From the NCBI GenBank assembly GCA_009103225.1, contig RHPI01002161.1, positions 68,145 through 132,144 of the forward strand: a stretch of 64,000 bases of DNA, given 5' to 3'. Below the pieces are notes generated by a model. It was not told the DNA's origin. It saw only the letters and a list, made by a program, of their open reading frames with translations, and made no database searches. This DNA comes from Chlorokybus atmophyticus (taxonomy: Eukaryota > Plantae > Mesostigma and Chlorokybus algae). Made by a program: the position numbers and the translations under genes. Below, piece after piece: positions 12,324-24,759 of this stretch; the first letter of the stretch is position 1; each line of letters starts with the position of its first letter.

Positions 12324-14108
12324 CTAGTACTTGTAGCCCTTCTCGAACATGCCCTTGGCGGCTTCTGCGCTCTCGCCCTCGCCGGTGTACTTGCCAAGCT
12401 GGGCCAGGGAGTTGGCGCGGGCGCGGACAAGGAGGGCCTCCTGGGCGGCCTTCGCATTGGCGGCCTCACCCTTCCACGTCTTCAGAACGCTATTCTGCAG
12501 GGCGCGAGCGTACGAGAAAGACACGTGCCACGGGTTGGGAGACTGGTTCATCGCGTTGAGGTTCTGGGTGGCCTCAATCTCAGACTGACCGCCAGACAGG
12601 AACTGCACAACAGACAGAGCTCATCAGCAGCCATCAATCACACACCAACCCAACATCCTACAGCGACAACAACAACAACTCACCATGATGCCGGGGACAG
12701 CGGGGGGCACGCGGCGCTTGAGCATGCGCAGTGTGTATGCAGCGACCTCCTCAGCGCTGCTCCTCTTCTTGCAGTCGGCGCCGGGGGTGACCATGCTGGG
12801 CTTCAGCAGGATGCCCTCGAACAGGACGTTGTTGTCGGCGAGGTACTTGAAGGTCTGGGCCCACACCTTCTCGGCAACGGCCAGGGTGGTGTCGATGTCG
12901 TGCTCGCCATCGAGGAGGATCTCGGGCTCAACAATGGGGACAAGGCCGTTGTCCTGAAACACCACACATGTCAATAAATGGCGAACTCACAGTGCCAGTG
13001 CCACACTCAATGTTATAACTCATTACCTGTGAGATGGCAGCGTAGCGGGCAAGGCCCCAGGCGGCCTCGTGAACAGCGAGCTCAGAGGGGCCCTGGGGGA
13101 TGGAGACAACAGTGCGCCTGTGTAATGATGATCAACACAGTCAGCAATGCCTCAACCGCATCCAGCGGTGAAGAGTGAATATGTGATGTAAGCCCCACAT
13201 ACCACTTGGCGAAGCGGGCACCCTGCTTGTAGTAGGCTGCTGCGCGTCCGGCGAGGCCATCGAGTCCCTGGCACCAAGACTCGTCGTTGGAGCCGGCGAG
13301 GGGGACCAAACCCTTGTCGACCTTGATGCCGGGAACAATGTTGTTGGCGTTCAGGCCGTCGACCATTGATGAACCCTTGGTGGTGTTCTGGTAAAGGGTC
13401 TCCTCGAACAGGATGGCGCCGGAGATGTACTCGCCGAGGCCTAATGGGCAATGCACCCATGTCAATATCAAGAACAACTTATATCAAGAATGACTCGATG
13501 AGCACGATGCGAATGAGGCATAAGGATAGGCTGTGAGATTTGCATGGGGCAATGTGCATGTGTGCATTGTGTGACCCACCGGGTGTCAGGATGAGGAGCT
13601 CGCGGTATGCCTGGCGGTTGGCCTCGGTGTTCTCCAGGCCGATCGACTCCAGGCGCTTGCCGCAGGTGGCGTTGGACTCGTCCATGGCCAGGATACCCTT
13701 GCCGGGGCTGGCAATGGTTTTCTGTAATGGGGCACACCAAAGAGGCACACATCAACGCCTGACGAGCTTGCATGCTCAATGTTTGTCGACACGCTGTCAA
13801 TGCCGCTTTAACTTAGAGCACGAAATGTCATGCAGACCAAGGCAATGTGCTTGGACTAAACATCCACTGCATGGTCGGGAGGCAATGAGCAGCTGGCTTC
13901 CAGCATGTGTGGTCAAGCAACCCATTGCAGCGAGAATAACAGGACAACCTACCGCTGTCTTGACGAGCTCGGCCTCATATCCGGCTGCCTTGACGACGAG
14001 TGAGCGTGCGGCGGCGGCCTTGGGGGCGTTCTGCTTGGCCTTGGGGAGGGCCTGGCCCACGAAGGAGCTGGCGGCGGCGGTGTGCGCGATGGACGCCATG
14101 GCAGCCAT
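12324..14108 (-). CDS. FBA: Class I fructose-bisphosphate aldolase, plastid-targeted
   Basis: Ala/Ser-rich transit peptide, then '[23 protein letters not shown]', '[14 protein letters not shown]', '[16 protein letters not shown]', '[13 protein letters not shown]', 'FLSGGQSE', '[13 protein letters not shown]' and terminal 'EKGYKY*'. Confidence 0.97.
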
Positions 14109-15047
14109 AACTATTTACTTTCTCTGCTGCTCCTGGCTGCTATTCCGCTCTTTCCCGTACCGACGCCGCCGACCACAAGCACAACCTCAACAATGTCTGC
14201 CTACACACGCTGGCTTCTCAACCCCTCACTCTCGCCGTCCTCACCCGCTTTCAGCTACGGATGAGGCCTGCCACATAATCGCATAGACTGCATTGAACCT
14301 TACCCTCGTTTGAGGCTCACATCGCACGCCCAATGTCGTCAAACCAGGAAACCGAAACACACCGGATAAAGGGGTCGACATTCTCGGTTTGGTCCAAGTT
14401 CGCGGTTCGATTGACCAAACACGGTCAAACGATGTGTGACCGCGGTTTTGCAATCGCGTCTGGGTCCTGTCAGACGTAACACCTCTCGGGGGGGGGGGGG
14501 GGTATCTGAACGCAACGGGAAGGTGCCCGAGATGATAGGGATCTTCGCGGAAAGTGAGCCCGAACGCACTGCACTGACTGTGGTGTGACCGGCCGTTACG
14601 TTTTGGACCATGGTTGGCACATTGCGAATTCCTGAACCGCGCTATGTTGCGGTCAGCTAACCGCGAACGCAGCTAGCCATGACCCCGGCTTTACCGGTCT
14701 CTAAGTGCTGCTGTGACCGGTGTGGTATATCCTGTGGCGCGCTGGCAGGGCCTCCAGTTGTCGCCAGCGCTGCTGCGCTGTAATCCGCAATGGGCGGCAT
14801 TGAAACGTGGTTGGATAACAAACTGTTAAACCGGCTTTGCGGGCTGGGTGCCGCCACTCTCGCTTTGACCCGCCGTTTATGTTAACGACATTACCCATCC
14901 GAGATGGCCCGTCCCCTCTTCCCTTCCGCACATACACTGCCTGCCTACTTCCAGAAACCGCACTTCCTCACGAGCTAACATTCGCACCCTTCGGAAGTTG
15001 TCACGGACAGCAACGAGTTCGAAAACTGAAAGGCTTTTTGCGCGCGC

Positions 15048-15088
15048 AAACCCTAAAGCTGGGCCACGTGGGTTCCGATGCCGTTGGA
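15048..15088 (+). promoter_or_regulatory. Clustered plant-type motifs upstream of kinesin: telo-box, site II, G-box, MSA-like
   Basis: AAACCCTAA at 15048-15056, TGGGCC at 15060-15065, CACGTG at 15065-15070 and GCCGTTGG (MSA-like CCAACGG on the minus strand) at ~15081. Short motifs, function unproven. Confidence 0.35.
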
Positions 15089-15222
15089 TGCGCACATCAT
15101 CGTGTGGCATTGAGGGGGTGGTCTGGGAGGATGATTGAAAAATCGTTACGGCATGTTTTGACTTCACGAGCGCGCAATGGCGGGCTGCTGTTCGGCCTGG
15201 CCCGGCCTGGCCTGGCCTGGGA

Positions 15223-15260
<38 letters not shown>

Positions 15261-15354
15261 GGGGTGGACGGGGATGCTGGTGAGGGCGTGAGGCATACCG
15301 GGAGGCTGGTGTGAGCGCGCTGGAGCACTGGAGGTTTGATCGTCGTGGAGAGCC

Positions 15355-18300
15355 ATGACAGCTGACGGCGCAGCTGCTGCGGCGGCTGCCGCCGCCTCCG
15401 CAGCGGCGCCGGTGCGTGTCGCCGTCCATGTCAGACCGCTGCTGTCTCATGAGCTGCTGGAGGGCGCCGCACCCTGCCTGGAGATCACTCCAGGCGCACC
15501 GCAGGTGCGTCAAGCAGGGTGCAATGGTGGCCATTGCACACGCATGCCATTCGTGTTTGGTGCATTTGTGTTACAGCCTAAATTGCAGTCACATCCATTA
15601 TGGCTTTAACTCTTAATCAAGTTCATATTATTGCGGTTGCCATTGCTTGCTTGATCACATATGCGATGGCGCGTTTAGGCCATGCACTGCCTACTGTGCT
15701 CAACACAGTAAGACCGCAAGAGCTATATGCACTCTTGCTGCAACTGTGTTGAGATATACTAATCAAGAAACAGCTCTTTATTACAACCAGAGCATGTCAC
15801 ATGATCCACAGCAAGCAGTTCAAAGCAAATACACACGACGCATGCGATTCTCACTTGCTTGTACGTGTTGCAACATACCACAGATCACGGTAGGCCAGCA
15901 CTCCTTTACCTTTGATCACTTGTACGGCGAGGGCGGTCCATCATCCGATTCGATCTTCAGCGAGTGCGTTGCTCCTCTAGTGGATGGTTTGTTCGGCGGT
16001 TACAACGCAACGGTGCTGGCATACGGTCAGACGGGCAGCGGGAAGACGTACACGATGGGCACCGCCTACGCCGAGGGCGCAATCGGACCCTCCGGCATCA
16101 CACCACTCGCCATGGCACGCATCATGGAACGCATCACGCAGCTACAAGACACAGAAGTCCTCGTCCGCGTCTCATTCATTGAGGTGCGTGTGTGTGTGCG
16201 TGTTGTAGGGTTCGCAATCTCATTTGTGTTGAACACCCACATCAGATCCATAAAGAGGAGATAAGGGACTTGTTGACGCCTATGAGCGAGCGCGTGCGGG
16301 GCAGGCCTGAGCAGCCTGTTGTCTTGCGGGAGCTGCCGAGTGGGGGCGTTTGCTTGGCTGGCGCGCGAGAGGCAAGCAGTGTTCTACTTCAATACACATG
16401 TTTAGCAACTTCACTCAACAAGAGGTGAATCCAACATTCCACGTGGATGTTGCAGGTGGAGGTTTGCACGCTAAATGACATGCAGGAGTTGCTTCGCACG
16501 GGCACGCTCTCGCGTGCAACCGCTGCCACAGGCATGAATGCACACTCAAGGTGAGAGCAACAACCGTACCAGTACATGTGCGTGTGCCTGCTCAACCCAG
16601 TTACAGTTACATGTTGCCCTCAACTCTTTGTGTGTGCAGCCGATCGCACGCCATTTTCACAATTACGTTGGAGCAGCGCCGTCACGCCACTGCCTCGCAT
16701 CCCTCCGAAAATGGCATCGACGACAATAACTTTGAGGTGGATGCGTTGGATGGCGATGACTACCTCTGCGCGAAGCTTCACCTGGTGGATCTTGCGGGGT
16801 CGGAGCGCGCGAAGAGGACGGGCACGGTGGGCGACCAGTTCCAGGAGGGCGTGAAGATCAATGCGGGACTGCTCGCACTCGGCAACGTCATCTCCGCCCT
16901 TGGAGACCCGCAGCGCAAAGTCACACACGTGCCCTACAGAGACAGCAAACTCACCCGCCTGCTGCAGGTTGGTTGTTGTGAGTAACTAAGAAGCATGTCA
17001 ATTTGGTAAGGAATGCTGGATACAACACAGTAATGACATGTATGGTTGCCATGCAGGACTCGCTTGGGGGCAACAGCCGCACCGTCATGATTGGTACGCA
17101 TGAGCTGTGCACACTTGGGTTAATGATTGTTGTTGGTGTTGTTGTTCAGTGCTGTTGAACTGAAACTTCTTCTCTCCAGCTTGCGTAAGTCCTGCCGACA
17201 AGAACTATGCAGAAAGCCTCAACACTCTGCGATATGCCAACCGCGCACGCAACATCCAGAACACGCCCACGGTGCGTGCATGCAAACAATAATCGCTTAC
17301 GGCAGTCACGCAGTCACGCACGCACGCACGCACGCACGCACGCACGGCTGTTGTTTCTTTCCTAATATTCGAGCAGGTTAATCGCATGGACACGGGTGCG
17401 GAGGTGGCGCGCCTTCGAGCGCAGATCAAGGTGCTTCAGATGGAACTCCAGCGCGCGCGTGAGGCCAACGGCTTCACTATGCGATCGGACATTTCCTTTG
17501 AAGACTATGAGGTACCTACTGTACTGGCACCAACTGTTGCGAATGACGATTGTCGTGCTAACACTCTCTGCTCCAGGTGATGCAACGGAAAAATGTTGCA
17601 CTCGAGGCAGATGTGGCATACTTGAAGCTGCACCTCGCACGTGTGAGTCCTTCCATGGTAAGGAATTGCATGATACGTTGGGTTGTTGTTTGTTGCGTTG
17701 GGTGAGTAAGTAAATATGGCATGTTGGTCCAGGATGGTGAGCAGCAGTTGCCGAGCGAGAGGTGGTCGGTTTCGCGTGGTGTCGTTGATGAGGCAAGTGA
17801 AGACCATGAGGACGCAGCGATGCTGAGCAGCAGCAGCGGCGGCGGCAGCGGTCAGGAGGACGAGAAGCAGCTCGCTGAGGAGGAGCAGGAGTACGAGGCT
17901 GGGCAGGAGCGTCTCGGGACGGACCTGAAGCAACTCACCAACACGTTACGTGCAAAGGAGGAGCAGATGGCACGCCTCATTGCATCCGATGCACGTGTGG
18001 CAGCGGTGCAAAGTCAATATGAAGCGAAGCTCGCGCAGTATCAACACCACTGCGCGCTGCTGCAGGCGGAGAGGGAAACACTTGTGCAGCGCATACACGC
18101 ACTAGCAGCAGAAAAGGGCGGGGCCAACAACAAGAAAGCGAACAACAACAGAGATAACGATGCGGCTTTGCGTGCAAGGCTGGCGCAGCTCGAGGCGCAG
18201 CTCGCGGACTTGCAGCGTAAGCAGGCCGGGTACGCACGACTCGTGCAGTTGAATGTTAAGCGCGAGGCCGCCTCGAAGCAGCTTCAGAACGAGATTTTCT

Positions 18301-18546
18301 CTTTGAAGCAGCAGCGCGTGACGATGATGAAGAAGATGCGTGCGGACTCGGAGGCTTTCGCGGCGGCGCGCGCAGCTCAGAGCAGAGAGATACTCCAACT
18401 TAGACGTGCCGGGCAGAAGGATCAATATGAGTTGCACAAGATACAGGCGCTGTACCACAAGCAGCAGCAGGTGATAAAGAGGAAGCACGAGGAGGCGGAT
18501 GCAGCGAAGAAGAGGCTCAAAGAGGAGCTTACGCGCAGGCAGTACG

Positions 18547-18577
<31 letters not shown>

Positions 18578-21041
18578 ACATCAACAACATCAGTCGGGGT
18601 CGGTTGCGTTGGCGCGCAGCAACTCGTTGTCGATGCCGAAGGGCGAGGCGCACATGCGCGAGTGGGTCCGACGCGAACTCGAACTCGCCGTTCGCATGCA
18701 CGCGGTGCAGCGTGCCCTCGCCACCCACCTCAAACAGTATGTGCACGCATGGAGTGCTGCTGGGTTTTGCTTAACACACACACGTGCACGCACATGCACA
18801 CACGAGCACACACAAGCACATATGTACACATGTACACCCGCACGCACATACGAACACATGCACACATACATACACGAACATATGTAGATTCACGTGTAAT
18901 GCAGGCGTACACAAGCGAGTCAGCAGCTGGAGGCATTGGCGAGTGTCCGTGAGAGCAGCGAGGGGCGGGAAGAGGACGAAAGCGAGACCGCAGCCCTGAA
19001 GGAGGCTGCTGCGTTGCACACGGTGTCCATCCGAGAGCTGCAGGCGGAGCTGTCATCGGCGGAGAGCGTCCGGCAGTCCAGCTGGCAGTTTGTGAACAAC
19101 CTCGCTGATGCACGAGCGCTGTTGCGCATCACATTCGACAGCGCTGTGGACGCTAGGTAAAAACAGGTCTGCGTGTGTGTTTGCGTATGCGAGTGCGTGT
19201 TGTGCTATATTGTTGACACGTAAATTACAGGTGCAAGTTACAAGCGAAAGAGCAGTTGTGTACAGAGTTGAGGGAGGAGGCCGTGCAGGCAGTGGCGGCG
19301 TTGGACGACGCGCGCGCAGACTCTCAGCGGCTGCTTGAACAACAACAACGACAACAACAGCAGCAGCAGCAGCAGCAGCAATCCCACTCATCGCGCATGG
19401 CGTCTCCTCCCGGCACGCCCCCCACGCAGCCCCACTCCCCCACCCTGGTGCGCATACGTCAGGGGCCTCAGCTCCCCCGTCCCAACAACAACAACAACGA
19501 CAGCGTGCTTTCCTCGCTCGAAGCCGCGAGCATCAAGCTCAGGGCTTCGAGTGGGGATGCGGCCGAGGCCGTCGGCGTGGTGACGATGCCCTCGCCGGCA
19601 CGCCAGCTGTCGATATCGGAGCTGGACATCGACGGGCTCATCAGCGCGCAGGACGACCAGCTGGCAGCGCTTGAGTCGCCAGCTATCGACGTGCCGCCGG
19701 TACTTGTGCATGTGTGTGTGTGTGTGGGTGCATGCATGGGGGCGGGCGTCCGTGTGTTATTAGGGTGGCAGTTGAGTCGGCGAGTGAGGCTGTGGGTTGG
19801 GTTCGATGGGGAGTTTTGTTTTCCTGTTCTGTTGTGTTTTGAGTTATTGTGTTGTTTTTGTTCCTGCATATAGTCACCGGCGGTGCACGTGCCCATCCCG
19901 CCGCATGGCCAACGAGGCAAAAGGACGTTTGTGCAGGCCATCAAACGCATGTTTAAGTAAGGCTGGGGCGTGCTTGTTGGCCGACAACATAATCCCCCCC
20001 TTGGCAAGTTTTGCCAATGGGGGGGGTTCGCTAGGCTAGGATACATGCGTGCATCAGGATTATACACGTCAAGTAAGGCACTCACCACTTTGTGTGCTCG
20101 TGTGCGTGCAGAGGTCCACCCCAAGCTGGGGTTCGGGCGCAGTGACAGCACAGCAGCTTCAAGCACATCTCCCGCCCAACCTAGCGCATGCGGCCGCGAT
20201 GCTCGACCAACACCTCCCCCGCCTCGGCCTCTGCTTCATGCCCGCAGGCGCGTCTCCCGCCCCCTCACCAGCACAACAACAACAAAGAACCCCTCAACAG
20301 CAGCAGTGCCACACGCCCACTCGACGCCTTGTTGTTGTGTCGGAGGGGTTGGCCACGGCCACGCCGGGCCGGCTGAGGTACGCGGCCTCGTCGGGGACAT
20401 CTTCGGCGAGCTCGGAGGTGTGCGACACAACGTCGGGCGTGGATGAAGAAGAGGAGGAGGAGAACGAGGGTGAGAATGATACGGATTGGGAGTGGACACC
20501 CATGAAGGGCCAGCTGGCGCACGCGCGTGGTGGTAGCAGCAAACAGCAGCAACATGGCAAGCGAGCCCGCGAGGGAGGCGCAACAACATCATCCTTGACC
20601 ACTATTGAGTTGGGAGCTGCCACGAAGCCGCATGATGAGGACCTGTGCTGCCAGTGCAAGGGCCAGTGCGTGCGCGGGTGCGCGTGCAGGGTGGCGAGGA
20701 CTCAATGTGGGAGCGGGTGCGCGTGCAACGTCAGCAGATGCAGAAACCGAGAAGACACCGCGATAGCATTGCCCCTCAGTACATCGCTCACGGCAATGTC
20801 AATTGACTCGAGTACGTGTCCATTCTAATAGTTGGGATTGTTACACCTTATACTGAACCGATGTGTGCTTGTGGATGCAGACTCGGACTTGAGGGTTTCC
20901 ACGAGCTCGCAAGCGTCCGACCGCTACCATACTGTTGCCTTTGGAGCTGCTGTGACCAAGCTCGCAAAACGCCAGCTGGCATCGCCCCATTCCAAACCGG
21001 CACGACCACGATTGCACCAGGGTCCGCAACTTTGTTCGTGA
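15355..21041 (+). CDS. Kinesin-4 (KIF4/FRA1-like) with N-terminal motor, coiled coil and C-terminal CXC Cys cluster
   Basis: '[10 protein letters not shown]', '[20 protein letters not shown]', 'SRSHAIFTI', '[12 protein letters not shown]' and '[14 protein letters not shown]'. Long coiled-coil exon 17721-18740 with poly-Q. '[35 protein letters not shown]'. The last exon is uncertain. Confidence 0.93.
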
Positions 21042-22005
21042 ATGCCACGTGGTTGTGATTATAACAACTGTGCAATGCGTGCTAATGGTGTTGTGTTGCG
21101 AGGGTAGGTTTGGGCATCCCGAGGCGCAGCGTAAGTGTGAGGAGGAGAAGGGAAAAGAGGTCAGATCAGCAGAAGGCAAACGTGACTACAGCCAGCACAA
21201 AAGTGTCGTGAGCGCGACGGGTGTCTATGCAGTTGTTGTTTGAAGAGGCTGTAGCGTACAGTGAGACAGTAGAGTTGCCCCTCACGACAAGTAGATATTT
21301 ATCCCCTTACAGATATCATCTGCAGTTGATGACGTGGTCTGTCTCAGCCGAGTTGTATATTCTTTGTTCATAGCCAAGACCCGTTGCGATGAGTATTAGC
21401 TGCAGCATAGCGGTTGCTCATTTGACTAGCATGCATGCCGAATACGTGGATGCGTGGCAAGCTGTTGTCAACCCAGCTTGCATTAGCGTGTTGCTGCACA
21501 CACCTTTAGCTGTTGGACACAACCACTACAGTATGCGCTAATCAGACATGGTTGCAACTGAGTACACGCTACAGTGCAAAAAGCCAGCATGTAAGCAGCT
21601 CAGTCTGCTCATGACGACTGGCTTGCATGCGCAGCAACTACATATTTATTACTGACTACACAGGTTTCACATACAGTAGTAGTGTACCACATCACAGGCG
21701 CGCTGTAACACTACAGAAGCCCGCAAGCCATTTGCACTTTGTACAGGCCCGGAACTGAAGCGCATTACAATTGAAGATTGTAGGCAAACTGACATGTCAT
21801 TTCCACAACAAAAACGATCAACGGTCAAGTTCCACGGACGTGATCCCGATTGAGCAACTAAACCTAAAAGTTTTACGCCAAAACTGAAGCAATGTACGGA
21901 GGCCTTCTGAGAAAACCCCCATCCAAATGATCAACATGATATAACTACAGTTAACATTACCTTCGCCTGACAAGCACTACGGAGCCAGATACAACCACAG
22001 CCTCA

Positions 22006-24336
22006 TCACGCAGCAGCGACACCGCGCGCTTTCTTTTCCTCAATCTCTTCCAGAAACTCTCTAATGAGGCGTACAGTGTCGTGCGGCTTCTCCTCGTGCG
22101 GGAGGTGGCCACACGCAGGCAGCACGTGCAGCCGCGCGCCCGGGATCGCCTCAGACACCGCCTCAGACACCCACGGCGGAATGATGCGGTCGCTTGAACC
22201 CGTGATTACCAGCGCTGAAGTAAAGGACACTCAGGCGTGTGTGCGTGCGCAAGCACGCGCGTATGTGTGCGTGCGCTCGTATGCATGCGCGCGTATGCAT
22301 GCGTGCGTGGGTGTGTGCGTGCGTTGCTAATAGAACAACAGCAGTACTTACTGGGGACTCGAATTTCGGAGAGGCGGTCAGCAACTTGTTCGGGGCGTGC
22401 ATCGGCGTCTTGAGGCGGGCCGAGGGCTGCTAGGCAGTACTCGAGCAGGGCCTTGTCCCACGCTCGGCACTTCAGAGGCTGCATGCACATGGACAGATAC
22501 CACTCAGTTAAGCAACAGTTTTGTTGCTGGACCTGAGGATGTGTGAGCACATTGCACACAAGCAAACACTTGCACAACCGAGCGCGCGTGCAGCTGTCAT
22601 CAAATAGTCCAGCAAGCAACAGCCCGAAGGACGTGAAGGCACACGCACAGACTTGCGCACGCACACACATGCCCATCAAGTAAGCAATAAACTGGACTAC
22701 AACCGGTCATCACCTTGGAGTATCCGTTGATAATTTCGTCAGTGACAAGCGCAGCGTCATGCCAGGCCAGCCGCACCGCTCGTATGCTGACCGATTGAAT
22801 CAGAAACCTCACCTGGTTAACGCACGCACACAACATGAGCAGGAGTACACCACAACAAGCAGCCAACGCACCAACAACCATCTCACCACCGAGACAGCGA
22901 TGGTGGAGCGAAGCAGCGCCATGCGAAGCCACCACCACGCCTTGTTTAAGGGTGCAAGCAAAAAGCGCAAAAGCCTCGTAACGGCAGCGGCTGCGCGTGA
23001 CAGCAGCCTTTGCACGAGTGAGGGGTTGTTGTTGCCTGTTGGTGCGTTGTTGGTGTGGGGTTGGGCAGGTGTGCTTTGTGTCTTCGCAAATGTAGCGGCA
23101 GCAGCAGCAGAGCCTTTGGTTTGCTCAACACCCGCGGCTTTCCTCCTCCTCTTTGTGTTGGGCATTATCGCCGGGCACAGCAACACCAGCGCCTTCACAC
23201 GCTCGGGGTAGCGCAGACACGCTAGCACTGCTATCAACGCCCCTGCAGAGTGCCTATACACAGCGGTTGTCATTGCAACAGTGCCTTGTGCGAGACAAGA
23301 CCACACATGCGAGCACATGCACGCATGCACACACAGCCACTCCCGCATGCACGTGCACAGCCGCGCGCGCACCTACATACATACACGCTGCAACAGTCAA
23401 CGGTAACCTACACAGACACACTCACACGCACACAGCCACATAACCACCTTTCTCACCCAACGAGGACGGCAGGATTGTGGTCGCCAAAGGTTTTGGCAAG
23501 ATCCATTGTGGTTTTGACGGAGAACTCCGGTGTGTAAGGGTTTGCGCCTTTCTCCCAGCCACGGACCGGCCGCGCCAGCCGCGTTGACAGCCCAAACGCC
23601 GGCCGGTCAAACGCCACCGCACTCCCACCTAAGGTGATAGCATATGCACGTGGTACTTATGTTGTTGAGCTTCAGGTGGTATATGTTTGTGAGGCATATG
23701 TACATGTGTGGTGATGTGCATCATGTGCAAATCACCACGTACTACGTGAAGGTCAAACGCACATGCGCATTCACACAGTACGTACCTGTTGCGTCTGCGA
23801 GGGGCTTAAGCACGCGCTCGTACGAGTACGCAGACGCTCCAAAGCCGTGCAGGAGCACCATCGGAGAATGCGAGGCCGAGGCCGAAGCGTCATTGGCGGC
23901 GCCATGCGCAGCCTGGTCATGGTGATGACAACAGTTCACAAACTGGTTGACTTCTTGCTGTTGTGTTTGCATGTCGTAAGTGTACCTTGTAATGGATGCG
24001 CACTTGGCCGACTTGCATGAACTGGCTGTCGGGGTCTGCTAGCTCGTCCACACCATCATCCTATCATTTCAAACACTGTTGCAAAAGCAAGCAGCCACTC
24101 AAGTCTTTATACTTATGACATGTGCGTGCTGCTGGGACAGATCCTCTGCATTGCAATGCAGTCGGGTTCTGTGTAATGCTGTTTGTCATGCAGCTGATTA
24201 CCAGCGCAATGTCCGCAGCCTGCCTGCTCCATCGCGCACCGGCCCAGTCGCTAAACCACCCCTTTCCTCCACCTGCTCCTCCCGGCGATGGCACCACCAA
24301 CGCCCCCGCCGCCGCCGCAGCGGCGGCGGACACCAT
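22006..24336 (-). CDS. Alpha/beta-hydrolase fold protein (MenH/Abhydrolase_1-like, plant type)
   Basis: 'LADPDSQF', 'MVLLHGFGASAYS', 'AFDRPAFGLSTR', nucleophile elbow 'VLVG|HSAG', 'VITGSSDRIIPP' (Asp) and 'CGHLPHEEKP' (His). The start could be upstream at 24510. Confidence 0.9.
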
Positions 24337-24759
24337 TGCCGGCAGAGGCGGCGGCGGCGACGGTGGGTGCGCTTTCCGCCAGTGAACAGCGTCAGATCGC
24401 CACGTAAGTGAATCCCCCTTCTCCCTCACTCTATCCCCTCTGCTCCTGCTCAGCGCCCTCGGCGGCAGCAGCGCTAGCACCGGCGCCGCCGCCGCCCCCG
24501 GCACGCCCATGCGCCACGTGGCAGCACCTTTTCTGCCACCCTATCCGACGTGGCAGCTCTATCCATTTAGCCCTTTTACCCGGCCCACCGCATGCATCTG
24601 GTCACCCCTCTGCTACGCGGTAACTCGGTCAGTACCGCCCCGGCTTGCCGCATGTCAGTCATCGTATGCGATTGGGACGCTTTCTCTCCTTCCTGGCCCA
24701 AAAACAAACTGCACAATTGTGAACACATGGACTTGTTGTGCACAAGCTCAGGGGTGTGG

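Noticed and set aside
24222-24223. Extra GC donor in the hydrolase gene
   Set aside because: A downstream GT donor (…DIAL|DDGVDELADPDS) gives the correct phase.
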